Source: Antedon mediterranea
Lineage: Eukaryota; Animalia; Echinodermata
Length of the DNA: 64,000 nucleotides
Assembly (NCBI RefSeq): GCF_964355755.1
Contig: NC_092678.1
Span: 6,774,422-6,838,421 of the forward strand
Direction: 5' to 3'
In this document: positions 38,101 through 52,466 of the stretch, piece after piece
How the letters are laid out: the number at the start of each line of letters is the position of its first letter
How positions within the stretch are numbered: the stretch's first letter is position 1
Notes under the pieces: generated by a model
What the model was told of the DNA's origin: nothing
Database searches by the model: none
Seen by the model: only the letters and a program-made list of their open reading frames with translations
Translations under genes and position numbers: made by a program

Positions 38101-40284
38101 CTAGTATAAATGGACACAACATGCACTGTATATACACGTACCGTCCAGCTTTGACCAGTGCTTCAGCCCTGTTCTGCAATAGTTGGTAGAATTTCAGTTT
38201 ATAGGCCTGTCTTACATCATTATCTGCAGCCGCTCTAGGACAATAGACACAGATGACCACTACTTCTTTCAAATGTCCATCTATGCATCTATCAAGTTAA
38301 ATAGAATACTGTATTTAAGAATATAAAAAGTGCAAGGATTTCCAAAAAGAGGAAGGCACAGCAGGTACATTTATTTACAACAGAAATGTATAGTCTTGAA
38401 AGGGGATATTTTATCAACATCATCAGTGTACCCCTACTAAGGGGACACTTTCAGGACCTAAGAAATTATCCCCTTAATAGAGGTTCCTCTTTATAGGGGT
38501 TACTATAGTTGAAGTACTAAAACATATATTTCCTCTTATGTCCCTTTAATAGGGGTGTTCCTTGAATAGGATGCAAGGATGTAAGCTGCAGTGCAAGCGA
38601 ATTGACCAATCACAAGCAACAGTTAGAATAATCTATCACTTTTGATTGGTCAATGCACATATTGGGAACCAAGCTACTGTAATAACAATACTAATGAAAA
38701 TGGTACAGTATACTTACATTTTATGTAGGGTCATGACTGATCTCCCCTCAGAATCCAATGAAACAAGATCTTCGTCAGAGAATCCATTTGTGTTACTATA
38801 ACATCCAATGCTCCCCTGACCTAGGGATGACGTAAGAGCACCTGACAGCCCTTCCTCAGCAGAGACCGGTATGAAACCATCCTTGCAATAAATGGCAACA
38901 CCTGTTAAAAACAATGTTAAATCAGCAACTAAGGCCAAAGAAATATATATTTGTGGTTCTCATCAGATTGAATTTGAGTTTCACCCAGAAGTTCAAACAA
39001 TGTTAGACATTTAAGTTATGTACAGTACCTGAGTAGCCACTCCTCTTTTTTGAGAAACTGAAGAAACTCTTGTAACCTTCAACATTGGCAATTGGTTCAT
39101 CAAGAAGATCTCCTAATGAAAAGAAAAAAAAGTTATCAATAATTAAAATATTGGTCAGTGGAATGCAAATGATTCTACTCATCACATGCATAATGTATTG
39201 AGGTGTTCGTAGCAGCAGTAGATGTTACCAGTCCATCATCTCTCATACAAATATGTTTCGAAATTTCTTTTATCCAGCTGTCATTCGGACACTTGTCAAT
39301 GTCAGTATATTGTATGAGACACTTGAGAGTGATGCGACACTTTGTAATTGTTTTTGTTAGTTTTTGATTTATCTGTTTTTGTATATATAAGAGCAAAAAT
39401 ATTTTCTATGTACATTTTATATGCAAATGACAATAAATGGAAGTAATTTTCCACTGATGAATGAATGGATTGATTAATTAAAAATTGATCACACATTTGA
39501 CTGAATTAGTTGGTTGGAGAGTGATTTTGTAGGTTCGATTATAATCTCGGACAATTTTTGTTCTTATGTCTTTTACTTTGTAATAGTCACGACACCATCA
39601 TCTTTACTAGTCTTACCATTAGGGGATATTTTGAGGTTCATGGGAAGGGGGCCCGATCTTCTAAATAGCGAATGCAATTACTACTACTGTTCCGCTGACC
39701 ACCCACAGCATAAATGAAATTATCCTAGCAGTAGGCCTTCCCAGGCTTGCCATGATTGAGTAATTTTATTCTAGTCTACTAGCATAGCTAGTAGTAGGCC
39801 TAGCCCTAGGCTAATTAGGCCTAGGCCTAGATACGGCAAGATCAGATAGATAGTAGTAGTAGTAGTAGTAGAGTAGGCCTAGCCTAGTTAGTAGTAGGCC
39901 TATCTATTATTATTCTTAGGCCTACTACTAGGCTCATTACTAGGCTATATTAATAAATTTAGTACAGTATGCTTAAAAGAAATCAATACAAACACGTGAA
40001 ACCTAGAGAGATGAGAGTTCTTAGATCTAGGCATAGCCTAGCCCTATTATACCAGTTAGGCCTAGTTGGGCGATGCGTGAACACGGCCACTTTCCAGTGG
40101 CGACGAACACGTTACACACCATGATCCTGCCATTCTACCAGGCGTAGCTAAATTATAGGACAAACTTACTTGTTATTTTTGTCTCCTGCAGACAGATAAT
40201 GTCAGCATTAAGCGAATCGAATAGTTGTTTCAGAGGTATTTTCATTGCACGAATACCGTTGACATTCCATGTTAAAATTCGCAT
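35121..40284 (-). CDS. APEX2: DNA-(apurinic or apyrimidinic site) endonuclease 2
   Basis: 6 exons: 40284-40170, 39112-39029, 38901-38718, 38288-38142, 37597-37528, 36155-35121. EEP motifs TWNVNGIR, CLQETK, GYSGVA, EGR, VYCP, GDIN, GTRIDF, GSDHCP; PIP-like QQKLSSFF; C-terminal GRF zinc finger CKGH..C..GPNYGKQFYVC..CNFFLW. Confidence 0.95.
36308..36586 (-). mobile_element. 5S rRNA-derived SINE (SINE3-like), second copy
   Basis: 5S-like head ~36483-36586 plus a body matching 34047-34212. Confidence 0.75.
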
Positions 40285-41709
40285 GTTTTTAGGTGAAACT
40301 TTTGAATTCCCAGGGACTTTTTTTTCAATGTTTTTTCCACTAGGATTTTCCAGGCGGTCAGTCGCGTCAACACTATGGTAAAACGCGTCACCTAAACACG
40401 AACATGACGTAAACTTTGAAAGCGTATGTTTCTTGTACAGTACTTTAAAAATCTATTTATATTATTATTATTATAAGATATTTTACTTATGTTTTACCTA
40501 CATGAAAATCCTAAGTATATTATTATAATAACTATAATATTAATTGACAATCTGGAAAAAGAAAACACCCAAGAAATACTGTACTGGCGTTGAAGAATGC
40601 ACTGGCTACAACTGGACAGAGCTGGATGGAGTCTAGACAGAATCGTCCATCAGATTTTAAATCTGACTAAAATTAAGGATTTAGGCGTGTCAAAGTTAAT
40701 ATAACTTTTTTTGCTAAAGCAAGTTCTAAAAATCTGGGCCGTACCAGCCAGTACAGTTGGGAAAGTTTCAATTTCAACTCGACCACATCTTCAAGGAGGT
40801 CTTTGTCAACCGTAGATTGGTGGCCCGCACAAAGATTATTCCCTTTTCTTGCAACTGCACCACTTTATTTCTCTAGCTACGGCATTGTAAGTCCGGCCCC
40901 ATGAGGGAAAATGAAACGGCTATGAGCGCCATTGGCTAAAATCGGGGCCGCGGAGCAGTACACCCCCGAGGAAAAAACGGGCATTAAAATATGTTGAGAA
41001 GAGGCTAAAAAACCTCTGCGTTACGCCACTATCTACTTCCAAAATAATTAGAAAAAATTGAGCTACTCAAACAGCAGTGAAACAACAAGTATATGTTTTT
41101 ACAGTTGGACACTTTATTATAAAACATGTGCCGTGGTAAATTAATGAACTTCTCGTTTTTTAACAACAAATATTTTCATCTTTGTGAAACAATAATTATG
41201 GTATGATTATAATATATTTGTACATAATGAAATTCTTTGCATAAGATTGAGTTGTTGATCCTTACATGGATCTAAATATTACAGTGTTTTCTACCCACAA
41301 AACCTTTCCCATCGACAATAAATTCAAATATAAAATCGAAAAAAAAGAACAAATTTAGTCTCTTTTGGGCTAAAAAATGTTGTTAAAAAGTTAAAAGTAT
41401 TAAAAACATCCATTTAATAGTGTAATAAGTTCCCAGAGACAATAACATTTTAAGCATTATTTTTTAAATAACATTTTTTTAATAACAATATTGGATGAAA
41501 AAAGTATAGAATTAAACAAATGTCTAGAATTATGGACGAACGCTTGCTCAATGATGCGTGAAAATAAATAGTTTTTGAGTTCAAGGAGCAGCATTGGTTG
41601 GTCTAATTATTTTTGGCTAAAGGTCAACAGTTGTAACAATCTACGTATTGCAACCGGATGTTTTGCGAATGAGCGAATGAATTGTCCGTCCTTGTTGCGC
41701 AATCATCTC

Positions 41710-44700
41710 TTATAATTCATCTTTTTTTTCTGCTTTTTCTGTTTCCTCCTGTTGAAATAAAAAATCAACATAAATTAATAATACGCAAGGAAGTGTGTTG
41801 TAACAAATATTTACATGATTGATTTGTACAACAATGTATGAAAATTGTATAACAAATTAACAAATCTCGTAGAAAGAGATGCTTTTTTGACCCAATGCCC
41901 CTGGTTTAGGAACCTTAAGTGGCTGGACATATTTTAATGCCTGTTTTTATATCTGAACCCTGCTCAGTGCACCCCCCCCCCCCCTTCATTCAATATACAT
42001 ATGTGTATATCTTACCTTTTCTTGAACTGGTTCCTGCGTTGGTTCGGCCTCCTCCTCATCTTCTGCTTCATCATCATCATTGTCATTATCATCGTCACCA
42101 GCCTCATCCTCATCCTCTTCCTCCTCTTCCCATTCTTCAGGCTGAAAATAGAGATGGATTCAAAATAAGATCTTATAAAACACTTTATTTAATTAGAAAT
42201 TCTCATCAAAATTTTGCATGCAAGAATTGCATCCATGCACTAAGTTCATTAAACATAAAAGTCAGAAAACAACAACAAAAATCATGACCGTTAAAAAGGA
42301 AATTTATTTTTTATACAAAAACATTGGACAATAAGACATAACCAATATGATGATTAGGAAGGAAAGAAGAAATTAGAAGAAATGGAATTTTAATCTTAAT
42401 TTCATTTTTCTTTTTCATAGATGAACTTTGTCCTTTGGGCTGAGCATTACTAAATTAACATATAATTTCAATCTAGTTTATAATTTAACCTTTTTTTTGC
42501 ATTTAGTTAACAAGGAAGTAGAGGATCTAATAAAATTTGGAGAAATTGCACCTTTTCTTAAATTTGAATATCGTCAACAATGGAGAGTTGAAAGGTCAAT
42601 AATAGGTCAAATACGAAAATCAACCAACCTTTGCGTCTGGGTCAATGTTCATGCTCATTTTCAACATTTTCTCGATTCGACCAGCAAAGGCTGCTGGGTC
42701 TTCTAGAGCGTATCCAGATCGAAGGACGGCAGTCTCAAACATAACATTGGCAAGGTCTATAGCCGTGGCATCCTCTGCATCAGACTCTACTCTTTGGAGA
42801 AGTTCTTTAACTAAAGGATGTTTTGGGTTAATTTCAAGAGTTTTCTTCTGTCCTTTGTAGAATCTACATAAAACATAAGCAAAAGGTAAAAAAATTATAC
42901 TCGACAACAGATACTTGCATCAGTCGTTTTGATTGGCCGAAACATTACAAGTCTTTGTGTAAAGTGCCAATCGTCTAAACTGCATGAATAGATGTTACAC
43001 ATACAAGTCCTTTTTGTGTAAATGCCACTAAACATTTGTTTACAACAGGGGTGAAAATGGGTTTAATACAGGGGAAGAAATGAACCAAGCCCCAGAGTAA
43101 CCCTACCCTTCTAATGATAATCCTTGGTGGTTTCAAAGTACCATGTGTGTATACTGGACCAGAACTATGGTTGAGTGACTTGTTGCCCATTGGCAATTTA
43201 AGCTAGTGTGAAAATCCATGGTTCTGTGGTAGAAAGGAAGAGTCTTCTCAGATAAGGAATATAAACCATAGGTCCAGTTACACATCTAGCTCATGTGAAC
43301 TTGTACATCTTTAACCGGTTGCCCCCGTCATTCTTTAACTGAAGAGGTCACCAAGAATAAAGAAATAATAAAAATAATGCAATACTGTAACATACCCTGT
43401 GTTTGAGTCTTTAGCCTGTGCATAGGCTTGTGCTGTCATGATACGTTCCATATTTCCAGACCATCCGTACGAACTGGCGACCAAAGCACATGGTGAATCG
43501 GTAAGACGTTGCGATACCTTGGCATCCTTGATCTAATGAAAAAAAAACATTTATAACATTACTACAGCTCAACATATAAAACGGAGGCTTGCTTGCACCA
43601 CATTTTATCGATTTCAAACTAACAAAATAACATTATAAATGCGAAGAAATTTAAACTAACATTATAAATGCGAAGAAATTTAAACATCACATGCAAACAA
43701 TTAAGAGATCCTAGGTGTGCACAGGTGTCTTGTGAAGGACAGCGCCACCAGCTAGGCTCGGATAAAAGTAACAGGGCCAGGCTAGGTATACATCTGATGT
43801 CATATTTGTGTAAAATGAAATCAGTAATATTTCTATTGTTTGACCTTTATATAGCTATTACCAAACTTCAGCAAAAAGTTTCAAAGTGTTAAGAAATCTT
43901 GAAGACTACAAATGGGTGTGTTCGTTTTCTCTCAATAGTTTATTTTAATAAGAGGAATTTTTCCAAAATTTGGTCGATTTGACACTTAAAACATACCTTA
44001 TCTTGAAGAGCACTTTCTTTCAGCCACTCTGTGAGTGGTTCAAATTCCTTCTCCAATTCCTCACGTTTCTCTTTCTGTTTATCAGATTCATCGCCCATCT
44101 TTAATCCTTCTTTTGCAACGTTCTGGAATTTCTTTCCTTCAAACTCTGGTAGAGACTGAATGCAGTACTCATCAACTGGCTCTGTCAAGTACAAGACCTC
44201 GTAACCCTTCTTGAGGAGTCTCTCAACAAATGGTGATGTTTCAACCTGAAAGGAAGTACAAAGCGTTTTACAGATAACTATCACTCTCAGACTTTCTGAA
44301 AAACAGAAACTCTTCCAATACCAGACATCTCTTGAGCTTCAAAATGTCTCAAAATCTGTTTTGATCATTAAATACACATTCCGAAAACCAGACTTTCCAT
44401 AAAACCATACATATTAGTTATTATCTATATTCCAGTAAGGGATTTTGACTAGCATCAGAAGTATGAGACACCTCTGTGCTATATTGTTTGTATCCATAGG
44501 CTACTCTCATCCTTCGGACAGGACATAAAGCTGTTGGTTCTGTACACATACAATTACATACTATTTGAATAGTGAATGAATCGAACCAATCACTGAACAT
44601 CACCATATATCTAGCTTTGTGGTTAAAGATGTTGGCTACCAATCCCAGTGTCTTGGTTAAAATTCTTTCGGATGTCAGGATTTTTTTCTCATGACAAAAA

Positions 44701-47405
44701 TAAATTGACTCCGAAAGAGTTTGTTTATATAGAGAATGTTTTATTTGTTTTGTGACCTGGAATGTCAACTTTAAGAAAAAAAAACTAAAATAAATATTAC
44801 CTCTTTTCGTCCAGTTCCAGCCATGAAATAAATATGTTCTTGTTTTTCCTTCATTCTCTCAATGTACTCTGGCAGGCTGGTGACCTCGGTGTCAGAATTA
44901 GAGGAGCTGAATCGTACCAACTTAGCTAGACGAGATCGGTTGCTGTTATCTTCAATTATTCCAAGCTTGATGTTGGTTCCATATTCTTTCCAGAATTCAT
45001 TTTTAAATTTATCGGCGTCCATCTTTTTGATCATGTCCAATGTCTGTACATAAATCATAACATTTATTTATTATTCAGAATCTAAAAACAAACACAATAG
45101 ACAGTGCATTGCTGAACTATAATAATGAAATTAATAATGAATATTATAAAGAGGACAACAAAAACTACTAGGATAAAAATGAGAAAAAAAGAGAATGACA
45201 CAAAAAGAAAACTTCTGTAAGTCTATGCACATTCTGGCCAATAATCGCTCTGATTAGACAGGTCTCTTTCACAAGATGTACAATGTTCGGGATGAATGTT
45301 TTTATGAGTTAAAAGATCAACTGTTCTATTCAACAAGTTGGAGACGAGTATTGCGACTACAAATAACTGCATCTCGTTGACCGATTAATTAATTTACCTT
45401 TCTGACCAATTTCTTCTTGATAACCTTAAGAAGTTTGTGCTGTTGAAGAGTTTCTCGAGAAACATTCAATGGAAGGTCATCGGAATCAACAACACCGTTG
45501 ACGAAATTGAGGTATTTTGGCATCATGCTCTCAAAGTCATCAGTGATGAAAACACGTCGGACATACATCTGAAGAAAGAGGTAACAAGTAATAATAAAAT
45601 TAAGATAAACAGTCATTTTAGGTTGAAATTGAAATGATTCATCATACGGTATTAGACCCTCTAAGCATTTTTTCATAATTGGGTGGTTTATTACCCTCAT
45701 GAATAATTCAGAAATATATTTTCTTTGGCATTGCAATAAAACATTGACACCATTGTCAAAAATCGCATCTGAATATAAAGAGGATCACCTCAAAAGTTTA
45801 GAAATGATATTCGTATAGTTTCAAATCATAGTTGCGGTTTCAGGATTTTAAAATAAAATTCTAAAAATAGGAAAAATGAAGTGTTAAACTTAACCTACTG
45901 TATTTATGGAAATTTAGGATTGGGATTTTTCTAAAAATTCGACCTTTGTGACTTTTCGACTTAGGCAAGGAGTTGACTGTTTATAACTACGAACCTTAAT
46001 GTGGTCAACCTTCTTTCCGTATTCCTGGAACATTCCTTGTGGAGCAGTCTTTGGGATGAAGAGGATGGACCTGAAGGTTACTTCTCCTTCCGCTGTGAAG
46101 TGGGTCTTTGATATCGGTTCATCAGAAGCCTTGGTGAAGCTCTTGTAGAAGTCATTGTATTCTTCATCCGTAACCTCTTTCGGGCTAAAATATAAATGTA
46201 ACAATATAAATTTATATAAACATTGTTTCATGAAATTTAATTTTTATTTTATAAAACGTTCATTCAATTTTTGTAATTTCATGGCAAAGCTAGACAATCT
46301 TGCTATTAAAAAATACATAGTCTAATCAATCAAGGCAATCTAACAACATAATGCTGAGCTACGGAGATCAAAGGGTCTATCTGCGGATGCGACATGACCA
46401 TTATTTACATAGTACATTATAGTATTTGTCACAGCCAAACATAAGATCAAAGGACTGTTAGAAGTTCCTATCTTGGCAAGGCAAGCTCAATGTCCTGTTA
46501 GATTGTCTTGGTATAATTGTATTCAATATTGTTTATTGCTGATAGCGCATAAAAGCGTGGTTGCACAATGCATGATGGGAAGGAGTTGGGGGAAAACAAG
46601 ATTATTTCCCTAATTTCTTTCAATCATGTGTCGCACAAAGTTTTTATCGATAGATAACAGCTAAACATAACAATTCTTGATGTGAAACAAGCCGATTGTG
46701 TCAATTAGACAGCAGGAAAGCCAGAATATATTTGATGGTCGTACCTTCTGGTCCAGATGGGTTTACTCTCGTTCATCAACTTCCAATCCCACGTTGTCTT
46801 TTCAACCGATTTGGTCTTTGGTTTCTTCTCTTCTTCGTCTTCAGTCTCTACTTCAGCTTCTACAAAACAAACAATTTGAAAAGTTTAATTATAATAGACA
46901 CAGATTTAGATTAGAAAATACAGAAACAAAAAATATACTTAATACCAGTATATACAGATTTCCTCATCTTTATCGTTTCAAATTAATTAATTAAATTTCA
47001 GTATATCACCGGGCGGTTTAGAATTAATGTTCTTTGCCTCTTGTGTTTATATATATAAAAGTATCTCTTCGGAGATCCCGCCTCGTGAATAAAAATACTG
47101 AAAGATGAGGGTGTATCAATTTGATCTCTGTTGCGCGTGCGTACAACTGAGGACTAGTGCTGTTCCGCCGTACCACGCCGAGAATGTTAAAGAGTCGTTA
47201 TCCAATCGAGTTCGAACAATACCATGAAAGCCCCAGTGGTCTAATGGTTAGGACATCTGCATATCAAGCAGGCGGTCCGAGTTCGAGTCTCGGTTGGGGC
47301 GACTTTTTCTCATTCTCACAGATTTCCTCATCTTTATCGTTTCAAATTAATTAATTAAATTTCAGTATATCACCGGGCGGTTTAGAATTAATGTTCTTTG
47401 CCTCT

Positions 47406-47448
<43 letters not shown>

Positions 47449-50400
47449 TTGACCAACAAGGAAGGAAATAAACATTAAAAAAAATGTTACCTTCATCTTC
47501 CTTTTCTTCGTCTTTCTTCTCTTCATCAGCTGGTGGCGCTTCTTCCTCCTCATCCTCAATTGGTTCCTCAACCGTTTCAGTCTGTAGTAAAATAATTATA
47601 TTATGTTTTTAATAATTTGAAAATTCAATTTTTTTATCGACACAGTTGATCATGCCCCTAGTTCTCTGTGCCTATAAATAAGAGAATATTAGCAAATAAT
47701 TTTTAAATTTCAACTTTATTAATAAAAAAATAAAATTTAGATTTAGGGACCGTCTTAAAAATTCATTGGACAATGTAATTTTAGAAAAATATACCTTGCT
47801 TGCCCACAGGTAGATGGGGAAGTTGATAAACTGACTGTATTTCTTGACAAGCTTCTCAATAGTGTCAGGCTCTAGGTAATCATAAGCTTCTTCCTTCAAG
47901 TGCAAGCTGAAAATATTAAATAAAACAATATTAATATATTTATAATGATACAGCAAGGAATATAGCAATGATCCCTTCTTGAGGGACAAATAGAAGATAA
48001 AAGAAGAAGAGGCAGATTTCGTAGGAAATGGATTGATGACAAAAAAGAATAGATCAACACCAACAGTGTGTGAAGCAGGCATTGGATAGAGACGGCCGAT
48101 TTGATTGAATTATACCAGTGTATGCATTTGATTGGTTGATTTCGTATCACATGCTGTTCATTATTTAGTTTCAAATTAAGAGAAATTCTTAAATATTTAT
48201 TTAAGTGGAAAAACTTAAATAAAGTTAAATTTAATTAATACCGTACCTGATTGTGGTTCCACGTTTGAGTGTATCGCCACGTGGATCTTCAGTTACGGAG
48301 AATTCACTCGAGTTGGATTCCCAGATGTATTGTTTATCGTCATTGTGTTTAGACGTCACAACTACTGTATCGGCAACTGTAATATTAAAGGACGAAAATT
48401 TTGTTACTACTGTTGTGTCGATAACAAGGCTATATAATAAGGATGAGGCTATCGGCATGGTCAAAGCTATATAATAATTTAAAGTTTTATAGGAACAACG
48501 GCACAGTGAATATATACGCTATATGCATGGTCAATCGTGATAATAGAGAATATTGGATTACATGCATGTTGCCGACTTTTATTATGCAACACCAATGTTT
48601 AGTGGGAAATTGACCATAAAGGCCTATTTATACAAACAAGCAGTATGATCCTGGATAGATATATATTCTATGTGGTTTTCTGTGTAAATTGATCATTATG
48701 CAAATCTGAACTGGCCAATCAGCATTGTCTTATTTTCTTGGGGGCAATTATACAAAAAAAAAATATTTTCTCTGTTTTTATTATATTGAATCTGTGGTAA
48801 TGTTGGGAGACTTGTTGGGCAAGCCTTCTAGTGTTGGCCCCAGTTATAAACTGAATAAATTACTAATATATGAATGCTACCAGTAAAATGCTGGTATTTC
48901 ATTTGTTTACTTAACTAAAATAATACTAGCAAACATTATACTGGAGTAAACCAGTTTACATTTTGTTATTATAAATAATGATTGGATATTGAAACTGAAC
49001 AACACTTACCCAAGAAAGAGGAATAAAATCCAACACCAAACTGACCAATCAAATCACTTGCTTCGCCCTCACCGCCTTTCTGTAATAGAAAATTTCAGAA
49101 CAGGGAATATTGAATGAAAGTTGAGAATTTTAGGCTTAAATAGATGATAAACCTATGATTAATATGTTGCAATAAAACAAGGGGGGTTAGGGGGAGGGAA
49201 GGTTAGTGGGAGGGAGGGTTGGTTAGGGTTAGACAAGTTTTAAAAGTATTGTTTGAATGTTTGCATGGCGAATAAACACTAATAAAGTTTGGTTTATGGT
49301 ACACCATGAGTTTCCAAAAGTATGGTTGAGAATGGTTAATTTTTTATTCTACAACCAAGTTTTCCCTAAGAGCGTTACTCCAAAGAATCGATTGTCGAGA
49401 AAATATTCTCAATTTTACTTTATTTTATTTTTGGACACAAAAACCTTACTTCATTAGTATCAAGTTTGATAGTGTAGACAGAGCTTTATAATTTGTTATA
49501 TTGAGAAAATGCATACTTACAGATAATTTGTCAAAGAATTCGCTTGTTCCCGATTTGGCAATTGTACCCAGATTCTTAACCAAATCATCTTTAGTCATTC
49601 CAATACCAGTGTCAGTTACATGTAGCATGTGATTGTCCTTATCAGCCTAAAAGTACACAAACAAATTAATTAACTTGTCTCTTATTGGAGCACCATATTT
49701 TATCTACTCCTTTCAGAAACACAATGGGAATGGTGTGACCATCCTGGTTGTATTTCGAATACTCTATTGGTTGTGTGAAAATTTAGTATGTAGGTCAAAT
49801 TTAGGTCCAGGTCACAGTAAACCCTCATTAAGGATATTGAAGAACATATATATTACCATTTATTACACGAGAAAGAGGAGTTTCTCCTGGGATTGGCCAT
49901 GGTGTTAAATTCATATATTACCCTCATTCATTATATGGAAAAGTGTCCCTTTAATAGGGATTCTCAAAGCAGGAGGATTCTACTGTAATTTGCTTTTAGT
50001 ATAAATATATTTTTTTCCCCAAGTGCAAGCTAATTGTATAATCCCACCCCCTTGTACGTGAAATTTGCCCGAATTTGGGAGGTGGGACTATACCCGGGGA
50101 TTTCCCGCTGCATGAACTGAAAATGACGATATTTCTTCTAGCTACGATTTAGGCTATCTAAAAGCTATATTCCGATGTAGGCCTTTTTGGTGAGAAATTG
50201 ACGTCGGCCTAGCTAGCTTCAGTAGGCCTAGGCCCACCTCTGGCCTAATGTTAAATTATACACTGAGACTTTGCATGGGGATATGCTTGCGTGCGAAGAT
50301 AATTGTAAAGTCGGGGTGGGATTATACCCGAGGCGGGATTATACCCGAGGAACTATGGTAATTCAAATCTTACCTTAATTTTTATACTTAGTTCTTCGGT

Positions 50401-52257
50401 AGCGTCCAATGCCGTTTTATCGGTAAGCGACAGCAGACGGATCTTATCCAAGGCATCTGATGCATTGGAGATTAATTCCCTCAGGAAAATCTGCAAATTA
50501 AAATTAATTGACATATTAAAATTTGGTTTCCATTATTTTTGGTGCAGAGACAGATTCAAGATTATAAAAATGTATTTTTCCTCCGACGTCTAGTAAATGG
50601 TTTAGGATGTTCTACCACCAGAACTATAGTCAAGGAGAGCATTGAGCCTGTGCAGATTGTATGACTATAGGTACACTGCAGTCATCATCTACATTATAAT
50701 AACAAAAATGTGATATCCATATATAAGTATGATGATGATGATATCACTACCATATTTGGGCATACCACTACCATATTTGGCTATATGACAATTGTCTTAT
50801 GTCAGGATCCGGCAATAACTCACCTCCTTATTTTTATAAAGTGAATTGATAATAAGCTTCATCATACGATTAACTTCTGCTTGGAATTCATGTTTTTCCG
50901 CAGATTCACGCATCTGTTTAATTTCAGATACGCTAAGGCCATCCAATTTTATAGCCTCTTCCTCTCTGTAGAATATAAAAGATAACTTTAACACAATAAT
51001 ACTTTTACAAATTCTCCAGGAATTCACAAATTTAAGAACAATTATGATTTTTAACACGGTGTCCAGAAATCCCCACAAACTAAAAAGTATACAGTGGTGT
51101 AGGCTAATCTACATTTTAGAAAAAAAATTATGATTTTTAAATTAACATGGTGTCCGGAAATCCCCTGTAAATACTATGTTATTTTTGATGGTCACAACAT
51201 TTTTACTATTTCTATAAGATGGCTTTCGTAGAACGAAAATTATGTATATTGATATATTAGCAAACCTTTGTACAACTTCATCATCTGTTTTGGAACCATC
51301 TCTACTACTACCAATGTCATCTTCAATGGTGGCATCACCCTCAGCCTCTTCGGCCATTGCACATCCTGAAGGAATTAAACAAATATTGGGTTGAATACAA
51401 AATATAATCCTGCCTAGGCCTAGTAAAATTCATTTATTATTATTACCAATAGCACAAATTGAATGTTCAGTTTGTCAGAGAGGTGAAAACATTTTTAAGT
51501 TAAAAAAAAAATTGAAATATAATATACAGGAAGAAAACATGATAATATTCGCAACAGGACCAATATATAATGAAAGATGCAAAACATTTTACATCACTTT
51601 GGAATATGGAAAACTTGTATATTGTTTTGCAATAACAATTACAATATAGGCCTAGGTTAGGCCTATGTTTCCTAGGACTTGGCTTGGCCTAATCAATGAC
51701 TAAATAAAGATAATATACGCTACTATTATTATAGTATAATAACTATCAAGGCATAGAGGCCCTCCTAATCTAAGCCTAGATTATAAGAGGATCGAGCCTA
51801 ATAATAAGGTAGGCTATTTAAATTAATACTAATATTAATATAGCCTAGGCCTTTTTAGTGCGTGTGGTGTGGCACACAATTTATTTGAGGAAATTAAACA
51901 TTGAGAAAAACCAACTTAACAATCCTATTAATTAAAAAGGAATTGTTTGTTTTGTCTGTTTCTCTTTAAAAGTCTTAACTTTTAGTCTAGGCCTAGAGCA
52001 TTGTTTAATAATAGAAGAGTGTAGGCCCAGGCCTAGCTAGGTAGTTTAGCCTAGGCTAGGTAGGCTAGTTAGTATTAAACAATCATCCTCAACCATTCCA
52101 GCAAGCAGCACAGCCACACACAGCACATCATCATCACTGGCCTAGGGCCTAGCTAGGCTTCGTTTTTAGAGGCATAATATGTATAAAAATACAAATTGTA
52201 CATACCTGTTAGCAATAAAAGGCCAAGAAGACCGAATATCCAAAACGTCTTGTTCAT
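41710..52257 (-). CDS. HSP90B1: Endoplasmin (GRP94, ER Hsp90)
   Basis: 18 exons: 52257-52206, 51365-51266, 50965-50824, 50490-50374, 49646-49521, 49079-49010, 48376-48247, 47906-47795, 47581-47491, 46859-46745, 46184-45995, 45568-45398, 45043-44801, 44245-43997, 43532-43396, 42863-42629, 42141-42016, 41748-41710. Signal peptide, [64 protein letters not shown]-terminal KDEL*. Confidence 0.97.
46340..46515. repeat. Dispersed repeat family (unclassified); sisters at ~53150-53300 and, inverted, ~58560-58790
   Basis: Shared cataagatcaaaggactgtta..agttcctatcttg.caaggc.agctcaatgtcctgtt. Confidence 0.7.
46954..47442 (+). mobile_element. tRNA-containing terminally redundant repeat (364-bp period) ending in (TA)n
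   Basis: ~100-bp direct repeats starting at 46954 and 47318; homologous copies at 11524-11905 (-) and 23533-23622 (-). Confidence 0.8.
47230..47301 (+). tRNA. tRNA-like cloverleaf, anticodon ATC (Asp-type), inside a repeat
   Basis: Acceptor GCCCCAG/TTGGGGC, D stem GTCT/GGAC, anticodon arm TCTGC-ATATCAA-GCAGG, T arm CCGAG-TTCGAGT-CTCGG, TTTTT just downstream. Confidence 0.6.
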
Positions 52258-52392
52258 TTTTATGCTATTTTCTCCGACTACCAGTTCAAAAATGAAGTAA
52301 ACACCGGCAAAGAACTACGAAGTGACACCGCCTCCGTTGTTGAGTTGTAAAGGTTTCGTCTCTCTCTCTTTAACGCCACACGTGGATTGTGA

Positions 52393-52411
52393 CCAATCAC
52401 GGAAGACCACG
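52393..52411 (+). promoter_or_regulatory. ERSE (CCAAT-N9-CCACG) upstream of HSP90B1
   Basis: CCAAT CACGGAAGA CCACG, exact consensus. Confidence 0.85.
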
Positions 52412-52466
52412 GAGGTTCTCAGCGACCAATGAAAAATGCACAAATCAACATTGCTCAAATGCTGAG

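Noticed and set aside
47230-47301. Possible tRNA-Sec or opal suppressor (TCA within the loop, same window as SEPHS2)
   Set aside because: With the 5-bp stem the anticodon is ATC; no long variable arm or extended acceptor stem as in tRNA-Sec
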